DNA of 64,000 nt. Origin: Didymodactylos carnosus. Taxonomy: Eukaryota. Where the stretch lies: the NCBI GenBank assembly GCA_905250885.1, contig CAJNOQ010000174.1, positions 1,697-65,696 on the forward strand, in the 5' to 3' direction. The notes beneath the pieces were generated by a model. It worked only from the letters and a program-made list of their open reading frames with translations. It was not told the origin of the DNA and did not search any database. Shown piece after piece: positions 11,500 through 23,167 of the stretch. Numbering within the stretch: the first letter of the stretch is position 1; each line of letters begins with the position of its first letter. The position numbers and the translations under genes are program-made.

Positions 11500-12400
11500 A
11501 ACGGCTGGTTTCAGTAAAATGAGGGCTCCCCCCATATCTCAACTTCAAACTCATTCAAACTTTTACGGAATGTTCTTCTACATGTCCTCCATCTATCGTG
11601 AATGTGCAAGTCATCCAGGAAAGAGATACTGAGGTTTTTCAAGGTATTTTCCATTTTTCTCAGCTTAGAAGCATTTTTATTTAGAAGTAATGTGATGTTT
11701 GGAATTTGCATCGAATGGTGCGTAAGTTGAAATATTTTTCTACAAAAAAGTTTTCGGTCAAACTGAATCGTAGCGCAGGAGCTTTATCGCAGCAAATTTT
11801 GCATGGGTATTCAAATATTCGTTTTAGCGACTGGACGAAAGTCTATGAACACATTTTTTACAGATTTTCGAATATATTCTTTTCAATAGTGAGATTTTCC
11901 AAATTCAAAGTAATTTTTTCTAGGTTTTCTGAAGACCGAATCTCTAGAAACGCCATACATATCACCGGAAAAATAATAAAGTTGGTTTAGAGTTGCTGAA
12001 AAGTGGTTTTTCGTATTCAGCATAACCCAGAAGATTTTCTGTTTTTGGCCCGAGGTACTTCCGAAAGTTTAGGAAAAGTTTTCAAATTAATATTATTTTT
12101 CCATGGAAAACTTTTTGCGCCATTTTGTTTCAAAAGTTTTCTTAAACTTTCGGAAGTACCCCGGGCCAAAAATAGAAAATCTTCTGGATTATTGAGTGTG
12201 CTGAATACGAAAAATCACTTTTCAGCAACTCTAAACCAACTTTATTTTTTTTGTTCCGGTGATGTGAAACTGTTTTGGATTTCGAAAATCTCACCATTGA
12301 AAAGAGCATATTCGAAAACATATAAAAAACGTGTTTATAGACTTTCGTATCACTTCTACAGCATATGTTCACGTGCGTAGTCAAAATTGCTCACTGTGCT
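11500..12400. repeat. Dispersed repeat, copy 2, carrying a family A MITE insertion at 11958-12266
   Basis: Same homology blocks as 6400-7300. The short ORFs predicted here on both strands are attributable to the repeat. Confidence 0.6.
11958..12266. mobile_element. Foldback MITE family A copy, inserted into the second copy of a 0.9 kb dispersed repeat
   Basis: Termini CATATCACCGG / CCGGTGATGTG, internal hairpin as in copy 8807-9079. This copy interrupts the dispersed-repeat homology that is continuous in the 6400-7300 copy. Confidence 0.8.
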
Positions 12401-12652
12401 ACGGCGTTTCTTTTTTTATTTTTCTACAAGATTTGATTTTTTATTTAATAACACAAACAAAAATATAAAAAATCGCTCGTAAAAGAATGAAGAAAAACTT
12501 TAATGAAGTCCTACCTCAAAAGAGCGTGAGAGAATAATAAGAAAAAGAGCTTTTATTTTGAAACTCTTCCATTCCACAACTTTAAACAGATGTGGAAGAG
12601 AGAACAACAAGAAAGCACTTTTGACAAGGAAAGGACACAAAGTAATCACATA

Positions 12653-15036
12653 TCAACCCATACCACCTAACCAAGCGGGTAATCCGGCACCACCCATGGC
12701 ACCTCCCGGAGGAAAACCAGCATTGCCGGGGAAACTTATATTCAATCTTTTTATTGCTCGTCCTTGTGCTCGAATAGCAAATAGCAGTGCGGCATATTGC
12801 ATTAGTTTTTCTTCACCACGACTACAATGAATAGCTTTTTCATATAATTCGGCTGCTTCATCAAATTGGTTTCTATAAAAAGAATAAAACAATACAACAT
12901 AACATAACAAAATGGTCGTTATAGATCTTACCTATTGCATTTAAAAATAGCATACATGGTTAAAACAGTTTCATTTGATGCATCATAGTTCAATGCTTGT
13001 TTGTACAATCTTTCGGCTTCATCAGCATTCGATGGATCAGTTGTCATTAAACAATTTCTATAAAAATACAATTTATAATTCTTGTGATTGTGTATAAGTT
13101 GAAAACTTACGCTTTAAGTGCTAATAATGTTGGACTGTCTGGAATTTCTTGAATAAATTTATTTAAATATTCTAATGCTTTATCTTTACGATCGTTATCC
13201 AAATAGGCTGATGTTAAGGCTAATGCATAATAAATATCTTTTTTACATGTATCAAAGTATTCTTCAAATTGTGATAATGCTTGATCTACAAGATATTTAT
13301 TATTATTTTTTGAGCCAATTTTTGTATCATTAATTAATTTTTGATATTTTGCACGTAAATTCGTTGGTGATATTTCAATTGCTTTAGCAAAATCTTCATC
13401 AGCATCCTCATATTGTTCTAATAAAGTTTTTAACTATAAAGTATAGAAATGACTAAAACGACAGAGTATGTCATATGTGTCCTATTACCATTCCGGAATG
13501 GACTCTTGGTGTACAAGAATTTGGATGTGAATCAATACATGTTTTATATTCGTTCATTGCTCCTTCTAAATCCCGTAAATGTATTCGAGCGTTTGCACGT
13601 TTGAGTTTTCCATTTATTTTCATCTGAAATTGATAAAAAAGATCATAGAAATAATAACAATCGTGATCTAGTATTTTCTATATACTTCTTCAGTTGAATT
13701 TAGATCATCAATAACAGTGTCAAAATCGGCAACAGCTTCGTTATATTGACCATTTAAAATATAAAATGATCCTCGTAATAGACGTGCTTGATTTTTATAC
13801 TCAGAATCTTCACTTTCAATTTCACGTGTACATAAATCCGATATTTCAGAAAAATTTCCGTCATTCAGGGCTTTATAAGCTCTGTCTAGATTACTGAAAT
13901 AGCAAAATGAAGAAAACATGTATGTCAAAGTTCGGTTGTTGGAGGAATATTTACCTATCTGGATGTGCTGTTTGAATTTCATTTATGAACGATGTACTTA
14001 AAGCTGGATCATCTTCAAATTCATTTAGAGATGTGTGAACAAAGTCTCTTGATAATTCAGCAGTATTCTAAAGTTAAGAAAATTCAAAATTTTATACATT
14101 TCCTTTTGAGAAATACTTACGGGTGATAAATTGCTAATATATTCTTTTGCTAACTCTGTTAGTATTTTATCAGCTGACATTACGTAGACTGGTTGAAAAT
14201 TGTCCAAAAAACATACAGTCGAATAATCTGAATAAGTTTAAAATTATTGATAAAGGATATTCTTTTTGAGAAAAATAATCTACGTACCTTCTAATGCTAA
14301 TTCATTATTTCCAATTGTTTCAGCAGCTCGAGCACGTCTTTGTATACATTTCACATATTTTGGATTTAATTCGATTGCTCGAGAGCAATCTTCAATCACT
14401 TTCTCCATATCTTGCTAAAAAGCAAAGCAACTTTTGATGTTGTTAATACACAAACAGTTCTTTAAATCTCATTCACTTACAAGTGACTCATAGGCAGCAG
14501 CTCGATTCTGATAAAACTGTGATAATTGTTCATCATGGTCAGCTGGACATGCATCGATCGCCTCTAGGCAGAAGAGGAATAGAGATAAAAATAGCTCTTA
14601 TAAAAGCAATAATTATTTATACTTGTGTAATACGCAATAGCTTCTACAAATTTTTTATCTCGATATTTGGCGTTGCCCTCATTTTTCAGCTCAATTGACT
14701 CGTCTAATTTGCTCTTCTATAGAAGAAAAGAAACATAATTAATTTAAATGAATAACCCCAAAAATATCACATTCATGATACTTTTATATTTTCGTTTGAT
14801 TTTAATATCGTATGACCGTCATCACTACCAATCGTTGTTGTAGTCGTTTTTGCAGTTGTCCGTTCATTTGTATCCGCTTTATTTTGTTGTTTTGGTTTTT
14901 GCTGTTGTTTATAAATCAGATAAGCTCCAAAACAGACGGCTGTTGAGATACCGATAACCAAGGCATATTTTACAATCTTTTCTCCAAGATCCGATGCATC
15001 ACTTTCTTTCACAGTACGAATTAACTTTGATGCCAT
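12653..15036 (-). CDS. TOMM70: Mitochondrial import receptor subunit TOM70 homolog (N-terminal membrane anchor plus TPR repeats), about 9 exons, with an atypical Gly/Pro-rich C-terminal tail
   Basis: Start at 15036, MASKLIRTVKESDASDLGEKIVKYALVIGISTAVCFGAYLIY... (TM anchor followed by a T-rich linker).
Approximate exons, each in the order of TOM70's TPR cluster:
- 14703-14620, KSKLDESIELKNEGNAKYRDKKFVEAIAYYT;
- ~14575-14490, AIDACPADHDEQLSQFYQNRAAAYESL vs human AISLCPTEKNVDLSTFYQNRAAAFEQL;
- ~14420-14300, ...CSRAIELNPKYVKC..., the NPKYVKA motif;
- 14207-14025;
- ~13900-13690, KALNDGNFSEISDLCTREIESEDSEYKNQARLLRGSFYILNGQYNEAVADFDTVI vs KAKQYMEEENYDKIISECSKEIDAEGKYMAEALLLRATFYLLIGNANAAKPDLDKVI;
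- 13640-13440;
- 13430-13085;
- 13070-12950;
- terminal exon 12870-12653, YEKAIHCSRGEEKLMQYAALLFAIRAQGRAIKRL vs FNKAINLAKSEMEMAHLYSLCDAAHAQTEVAKKYGL, then FPGNAGFPPGGAMGGAGLPAWLGGMG before the stop.
Exon ends are approximate. Confidence 0.8.
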
Positions 15037-16818
15037 AGAGCAAATGAATTCTTTTCAAATGTAAGTGGATTCAAAGCAGAACACAATCAAAACCTTCAAT
15101 AACCGTGATAAAAAATTTTTTGCTTAAGCGTGTACGAATATTATTTCACACTCGTATATCACCTAAACAATTTGAAAAATACGGCTGGTGTGATAAATAG
15201 AGGTACATTTTGCGCGCACGTATGAATGTTCTCGCTACAGCAAGTTAATCGTCAATTTTCCCGTTACATTAACTTCTTTTATTCGAAAGTGAGTGAGGGT
15301 CCAATGAATACTATTAAGCACTGTTGAATTGCACTATTGGTACATAATAAACGTAGGAAAAAACGCTTGAAAGATGTCGCGCCCTTTCTCTAATCACGTT
15401 TTTGACGAAAATGTTTGGCCAAAATTTTCGTCATTGCACATATAACAATCAAGGTTTTTCGTTTTTTCTCGTTTAGATTCCATCTGAACGAAATGGCTAC
15501 GGCTGTCATAAATGAAAACAGAATGTAAAAAAATGTTTTTTGTGAAAAGATCCTGAGTGAATTAGAAAAATTCCAAATAACCGACAAGAGAAAAGTGCTT
15601 AAACGACGAGATTGCAACTTAAAAGTGTTTTCTGGAAAAAGCCTATAAAAATATCCCAAAATAAAATTTTTCTTTTATCAATATAAGTTTTAGATACAAT
15701 TCAATGTGCTCTATTCGATGAGTGCATTAAATAAAAATTTCAGTTATCGTAGAATTTTTTATAAAAATGCTCCCAAGATCTATGTACTCCAAATCCAGGT
15801 TTTCGAAAATTCCATTATGAAAGTCAAAATTAAAGAAAACTGATATTACCACTGGATTCGGCATGGTGGACAACCTCTAGGCTCTGACTTTTAAGTTGAT
15901 TTGTTCAATTTTGTACCCAGTGGAATGTTTTTTCTCTTATTGGAATTCCTTTAATTCGGTAAAGATCTTATATTTCTGTTCCCAAGATCTTGACTTCTTG
16001 GTGTTTTCTCTAAGATCTTACCCAGGGTCTTGGGTGCAGGAAGTTCCACTAGAGTATATATATAAAAAAAAAGATGCACATTTTTTTTAATATAAAGCCT
16101 TTTCCTGAATTTTTCTGAAAGAGGAGGAACAAGAGCGAAAGATGATAAAAGGTGAAATTTCTGGAAAAGACAGGAAACGGTTTCTGCAAGAAAATGGTCC
16201 AGTATGATTTTGAGCGCAAATCGTCTAGAATTATTGGGGGTGCTTCGTACTTCACTTGAGAACCTGTTTAAAGTTCCAAAATTTCTTCTGGAAAACTTCG
16301 AATAGAAAATTCTTACAATTTTTCATTACTGTCTTGAACAACGGCATCCGTCATCTATTTCAAACTTTTCTCATAAAATTTTTTCTTCGTCACCGGAACT
16401 TACATGTTACAATGTTTGACATTACAAATGTTGAACTTAGATATTGGTTTTTCGTATTTGCAAGAGTGTGGTGTGGGCGTCTGTGACTGAAAAAATCCTT
16501 TACACGTTACAAATGACTTTTTTCTGTCAGGAATATAGCAGGGTGGCATTAGCATCCTTTTCTGAAAATACGATCCTAAATTGTTTTTAGAGATTTTCCA
16601 GAGCAACCCAAAGGATTTTTGGAAAACCTTTTTCGTGAATATTTTTAAAGTTACACGGACTAAATGCGGTTTCTGAAGATGACCAACAATATTTTTCTTG
16701 AAGCCTTTAAAGGATCTGACAAGAAGTTAATCTACATTAAGACAATAGATTTTGCAAGAAAATATGGGAAAACAGGAATCCTGTCATAGGAAAAAAATTA
16801 TCCTGTTATAGGCCCCAT

Positions 16819-17246
16819 CCTAGTGCATGTACTAAAGCTTGAGTACTCATGAGTGAGTAATGAGCATTGTGGGTACGAGTGGGAGTACGCATGTCTGAAT
16901 ATTGTTGAGTACTCACATAACTTTTGGCTCACATACTTTGTTCACCTGGTATTTTCATATAGAGGAGGGATTTCAGGCAGCCAGAGTTGGAATACAAGTC
17001 TATTTATAGACGAGTCTATCTGTGACTGTATATAGAGCGACCAGCGAGAAAAAAATAATATAATATTTCTTTACTAAATTCTACGTTCCTTATACAGTTT
17101 CATTTTAGAAAATAAAATGGTGAATGAATATTTTTTGAGTACTCACTGAGTAAAAATACTCAAAAATTGTTAGTAGAACTCATATGAGTACTCACGAACG
17201 AATTATGAGTAAAATTGTACTCATAGTATGAGTACTTCCCCTAGGG
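16819..17246. mobile_element. TIR DNA-transposon-like element, family B (inverted termini CCTAGTGCATGTACT ... AGTACTTCCCCTAGGG), longer copy rich in the GAGTACTCA palindrome
   Basis: Left end CCTAGTGCATGTACTAAAGCTTGAGTACTCATGAGTG. Right end ...TGAGTAAAATTGTACTCATAGTATGAGTACTTCCCCTAGGG. Multiple internal TGAGTACTCA palindromes. A shorter derivative sits at 27272-27433. Confidence 0.65.
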
Positions 17247-18234
17247 TAGTGCTAACTGCTTAGCGATAGGTGCCGCAAGTCCCTGGATGTATAGAACGTA
17301 TTCACCATTTTTCTTTTTGTGTTTAATTCAGTTTATATGGACTTTTTTGTAAGAGTAACAAGTGGATGGTCCGAAGCATCTCGTGGAGCAAACTAAAATC
17401 GTACAGGTCGGTTATATCATACTTTACTCTATTTATACTGACAAAAACTCTGTTAAACATGCATGTGCGGCTGCAGACGTACAGACTACTACTCTTCCCA
17501 GATGAAGCATACGACCATTCACCTTTTTAACTTTACACTACAGATGCATCGTCTCAGAATGCATATAAAACGATTTAGTCCTTCATGCTTAGTAGTGTAT
17601 TAAAAAGCAATTGTTCTGCGCACAACTTACAAAGAAGACTAAGTAAGCGTTAGAGTTTCCAATACATAGAATCAACAAGAAACTATTTATCTAAACGATC
17701 CAGCGATGAGACTGCAAATGATGTTTTACGAATGTTGCACAAACACATGGTCTCAGCGAATAATCTTCTGTGAATATGATCCATTGTATTTTAGTTCAAA
17801 ATCATCAAGATGGATCTGTAAAAAACGCCAGAAGAAACGTCCTAGACATGGGAAACATGTTGTCGAAATAGTACTATTTTTGACAGAGTTGACTCACTAT
17901 TTCGAAAATTTTCAAAGGAACGATAAGATTAATTCTAAGTCAAACATATCAATGTAAAAATTAAATAAAATTCTGCCTCATTTAAGCTTAGAATGAACCC
18001 AGGACGCTGAAAACGGTGTAATTTATTGTCTATTAAAGGTCTATCAATAGCCCACAAACTGTCTTAAATGACATTTTTTTATCTAGTTAACACCGTTTTT
18101 TGACCATTTTTCAGCATTATAGCAAGGAACATATTAATGTCTAAAAGTGGCATTTTTCATAATTAAAAGCCTGTTGAAACCCTGCTGTTAGCCATTTCGG
18201 TAGCAGACCTGGAAAGCTTAAGGTTTCAAACCAC

Positions 18235-18594
18235 TTTTACAAGTAAAGTGCCGACAATTCAAAAAGATAGCATGATTGTTTTTCATTTTTTTAACATGGT
18301 TGGACAGAACTCATCGAGTTATCTAGAAAAAGCCAATTTAAGATTTTTCAACGTCATTTTTGGATGAAACAATTTAACTACAGGTCGCACTGTGCATCTT
18401 GCAAAACTATTTAGTTGTTTTAGTTGAACGATATAATACTATTTTTGCTTGATATTGATTTGGTGAATAAATTGAAATTTGATGATGTAAATTGGCTTTT
18501 TCTAGATAACTCGATGAGTTCTGTCCAACCATGTTAAAAAAATGAAAAACAATCATGCTATCTTTTTGAATTGTCTGCACTTTACTTGTGAAAA
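18235..18594. mobile_element. Foldback element with about 105-bp near-identical inverted arms (1 mismatch) and a spacer of about 150 bp
   Basis: Left arm 18235-18341 is TTTTACAAGTAAAGTGCCGACAATTCAAAAAGATAGCATGATTGTTTTTCATTTTTTTAACATGGTTGGACAGAACTCATCGAGTTATCTAGAAAAAGCCAATT. The right arm 18491-18594 is its reverse complement, with GCCGACAATT changed to GCAGACAATT. Confidence 0.8.
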
Positions 18595-21085
18595 TTTCAG
18601 AAGAAGCATTGCTTGGAAAATATACATTTGCCGAGAATTTGATTTTCTAAAAATGAATTCGCATTCACTGAATTTTTCACTGATTTTTGTGAAAAACTGG
18701 TTTTTCGCCTGTTACTAGCAAAAATCAAAATCCTTATATCTCGATCAAATCTCATGCTGACTCAAGGAAATTTTCAGGAAATGCGCAGGACAGCTCATAA
18801 AGCATAATCGAAGACGAAAAAGGTGAATTTCAGCCGGGCATTGGTTTAAGGTTTTCCAGAAACCCTCTGAAAAATCTCAAAGCATCAGTGTTCTGCTGGA
18901 TCACTTTTTCGACGTGATCAACAATATATGGTATCTTTTAAGTTTTGAATTGGTTTTTTCAAAATTTTATTTTTGTATGATGAGTTGCTCAAAATCTGAG
19001 TTCAGCACGTTAAAGAGCATCGAATTCTGAACAAGAATCATATCGTTAAAAGAACTTCAAATTTAATGCTTAGTCAGAAATCAGGAATTACTTTTCTGGC
19101 CTTTTCCCACAAAACCCTACTTTCGTTTCCCTGTTCTGACGTTTTCAGAAAAACCCGAGCCGTTCAGTCAAAAAACGTTGTTTTTATATGAATTTTTTTT
19201 GTTTGGAAGCTGACACACTCAGCTATTGACTAACAGACTTATTATAGTGACACAAAATTTAGTTTCCGCTCAGTTACGGCGAAAACATAACAAAAGTGGA
19301 TTTGGGGGTGTTTTGGAAAATCCGGATCTACAACCTGGAGTTTCGCTTTAACGGAAAAATGTCTTAGCCCATCGGAAGGAGCTCACTTTAATGCACTAGA
19401 AAATATATTTTTTTAAAACACGAGATTGAATTTCAATACGAAAAAAAATTCGAAACACTTTTTCATTTTGAGCTTGAAAGTTGATGATTTTCTTTGCGGT
19501 TTATATTTGTTTAAACAGTTGAGTCATTCTGTACTTTGCAGAAACCGCTCATATATGTTGTTGTAGAGAATTCAAAGGGCTACCTTTTTGCAAAAGAATT
19601 AGTCCGATCGAATCAAAACTAACCGAGCTAGAACATAAACAAAATAGTCCGTTTTATTCTGCGCCACCCGTTAGTTAGAAAATAAGAGAGAAGTCGCAAG
19701 CGATCGTTATCTGACCTTGATGGTGACCTGAACTAGTGAGAGAAAACATAAACAATGTAAGTCTATAGTCAGTATGAAGACATGTTGCATACCGAAATAG
19801 TAAAGAATAATTCAGTTCGCCACACAAATGCGAATTTTCCATCATCTCAGAAGAAGGGCCCATTTTTTCTGATGCATTCGTTATGTTTTAGAAAATATTT
19901 TGATTTTAAAATAAATCACTTTTTCCAGGAAATATGAAAATTTTCATGGCTTTCTAAATTATATATACTGTAATCTATGATTGTAGGATGCTGAGGAAAA
20001 AAACGCGTATCATTCGAGATTATTAGCATGTAGATACAGGGTTGATAAAATGAAATCTTCCTAGTGTATTAGCACACTATAACTGTGTGTTTTGCCTATG
20101 AGAAACAAAGAGTAGTATAATATATTATACAATAATCTTTTGTTTGTTATTCATTGTCACCATTTTGTATATATATCATAGAGAAGATATCACAAAAAAG
20201 CCAGACTAAGTTGAGAAGAAGAAAGCATTGATATGATATGTGTGTTACACATCATATGTGATCATACAATAAGGATATTAAAGACGGGTCCAGGTAATTA
20301 TATTCATTTCTCAGCTGTTCGCCATTACACTTCACAGAAAAACCTTTTATCTTCTTTTTTTTCATGCACACATTTTACATTTTTCACAATGTACATCGTG
20401 GTTTTCACTCACGAGCGAAAAATTTGTAGACTAAATAACAATCTGTTTTTTTGTTGTTTTTTTTTGCCTATTTATTTTTCAAATAAAGTTTTTTTACAAC
20501 GTACGTTAATAAAAAAAAAAAAGTATAAAGGTAGAATGTATACATTATGTCAAGATATATCGTTCGAGCGGATCGAAGAGAAAAAAAGAACGAAAGGGAG
20601 AAAAGTAAAGTTTTTTCGTTTTTTTATTATTACATTAAAATATTTTCTATTTGATTACATGTGTCCTTCACTTAGAATACGCATACAGGTTGTCTTTCTT
20701 GTTGCCACTTGTTTTTTTTCTTGTATTTTTCGAAAAATATAACACATTCACAATCGTGATCGACTGGTAAATTGAGTGCGTTGTATACACAGATATACTA
20801 TATATCTGTTTGTTTGTGTACAGATAGTGGTTGATGAAGACTGTGCTGAGGCAAGAAAAAGAGAAAGAAAAATGAGGAAAAAATTTTCTCGGGTTTTTTT
20901 TTTTTTTTTTTTTATTAGGAAAAAATCTGTTGTAACACACTATAGACAGAAACACAAGAAAAAAAAAGCTTCAGTTATCAATACGCAAATTTTATTTTCT
21001 TCTTTTTCTGGATAAATTTTTATAATATTATTGAAATATATAGTTTAAAGTTTTAAACGTACTATTATTTAATAAAACACAAGAC

Positions 21086-23167
21086 ATGTCTCTTGAAGAG
21101 CAACATGGTATCGACCAATCACAGGTAAGATGAATTATAGTAATTAAAATAATCTTGTCCTATCATGCGGATGGTAGATTGTCCTAACAATGACGGATGG
21201 TAGATCTAAGAAGTTACATGATAATAAAAAGAAGTAGACTTTATGTTTATACCTCACATCGATCAGTAGTCTCGACTATCTTTTTAATTTAACAAAGCTT
21301 GTAATTCAGCTCAGATAATATTGAAAATAGAAATTTTTCTAAAACATGTCATTAGTTGAACTAATTTTCTGTTTTTTTCCTATTCCTATTTCATAGTTTT
21401 ATTTTTGATTTTGATTTTTCTATTTTAGTCGCATATGATAGACAGTGATAAAGTTACCTATTCTGATCGTGATCGTAAACCACACTTCAATCCGAGAAAT
21501 TATATTCCATCAGCATTGAAAACACCTGATAAAAATGTAAGTTTTATATTAAATATTCGTCATATTAAAACAATTGTAATTCTCAGTGCTTATTTTGAGA
21601 AGAAATCATTAGATGTCTCAATACATAGACTAAAGAGAGTACAATTTTATAGTATTTGTCATTCTAACTGCTGTTCCATTTGCAAGATAATTTGACTTTA
21701 TATGAACATATGCAATAAGTCACATATGAAAATTTTTAATTTTAGTTGTCAAAACTCTTTTATATCTGATATTATCGCTCTGTATTATTGCTGTACATCA
21801 AAATATTTGATACAGTTCTCAGACTAAGAATAGTTGAGAAAAATCTATTTTACTATATAAGTTTCATTTTCTTAATGTCGATTATAAATGAACTTCAATC
21901 ATAGTAGGAAACAGTTATCTAAGGAATCTGACACTGCTCGTCTTTAGAGATTTTGTCTGAATTTGAAAAAATCTACTCAAAGATTTAGATAAAAATCTTC
22001 AGAAAATGATTTTTTAACCCTTCTGAAACCAAATGATCATTATTCACAATGAAAAATGTTTTATTCATCAAGATGAACACAATCGCTCATCAAAAGTCAA
22101 ATAATGGCTCGTGCATTCGATAGGGGTAGAATAATCTTTTGAAAACTTTCCTGTTTTTTCAATGAAAATTTCATCAATTTTGGACGACATCAACTTCTCA
22201 TCTTGATGATATCTAAAGATATTGACTCTTAACTCTTTTTTTTGTTTAGCAACCAATGACTAGTGTAGTAGATACCAATATTTATTCAATAAAAAAGACG
22301 GCAATGACTATATTATGTCTTCTTATTATTATAATGACAAATTCTGTACAATTAAAAGTTGTTACGAAACTTGGAAGTGGAGTTCATCCATTTTATGGTA
22401 CACAAGTGACTCTTGGTGTTATATCTATTTTAATGTGTGTATTTATAGGTATGTACATATTTCGTTTTAATTTAATATTTTAAGAATTTTTCACACGATC
22501 ACTTGCGGTCTCATTTCATGAATCATTAATACGTTACGGTTTATAATCTTTAGTTTATAATTAATTTCAAATAAAAGTTATATATATATATATCAACAAT
22601 ATTCATACAATTTATTTTATCAGTATTCTAAGTATTATGAATGCTGAACAAAAATATACTGAAAAAAGATTTACACATTATATTTTTTATCAAGATAATC
22701 TTCCATAGATTCTACTATCTTCTCTTCTACTCAAACATTTTTGTGAAACAGGTTTACTTTTCATAACTTTATTCTATGTTATAATAATTTGTATACTATC
22801 ATCATATGTTTATTATTCATAATAAATCATGTCAGATATTAATCCTTTATCTTATTTTTTTTTTTTGGTCTTCTTTAGTTTTCTATATTATATTCTTTGT
22901 TTTATTCTATCTCCTATAATACCATAAAAGTATTATCTGTATATAAGCTAGTGCGTATTATAACACTCGTGATCCTTTCCATCCTCCCCTATTTTAGGAT
23001 TGATTCAATTGTATTTGAGATTATTCACTAACTATGAAACAACATCAAATGCCATTGAAATACAAACGCAACGAGAACATATTCTCGTAAATATTCTACC
23101 ATTGGTATTATTTATTATATTATTCATATTTAATATTATATTTTTTGGATTCACAATCATATTATGA
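21086..23167 (+). CDS. Hypothetical small multi-pass membrane protein, 171 aa with 3 predicted TM helices, in a 4-exon model
   Basis: Exons 21086-21124 (MSLEEQHGIDQSQ, donor gtaaga), 21429-21536 (SHMIDSDKVTYSDRDRKPHFNPRNYIPSALKTPDKN, donor gtaagt), 22250-22448 (QPMTSVVDTNIYSIKKTAMTILCLLIIIMTNSV...TLGVISILMCVFIG, donor gtatgt) and 22998-23167 (LIQLYLRLFTNYETTSNAIEIQTQREHILVNILPLVLFIILFIFNIIFFGFTIIL then stop). Splice phases are consistent (0,0,1) and total CDS is 516 nt. An alternative 3' structure would splice at 23086|gt to mini-exons 23909-23933 and 24002-24116, ending ...ICACS. No family recognised. Confidence 0.45.

Noticed and set aside
11706-12384. ORFs of 94, 125 and 80 aa at 11.7-12.4 kb, and similar short ORFs at 8897-9112, 36160-36612 and 55975-56432
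   Set aside because: They sit inside family A MITE copies or the 0.9 kb dispersed repeat. The same peptide fragments (for example ...ELLKSSFSYSAHSI...) recur wherever the repeat occurs.
12558-12830. 90-aa plus-strand ORF with a Pro/Gly-rich translation
   Set aside because: Antisense of the terminal TOM70 exon (its Gly/Pro-rich tail). The minus-strand reading aligns to TOM70.
20233-21015. ORFs of 169, 95 and 79 aa in the 20.2-21.0 kb region
   Set aside because: Built from homopolymer runs (A13, T18, K/F-rich translations) in what looks like promoter and 5' flank sequence of the 21086 gene. No splice signals or motifs.
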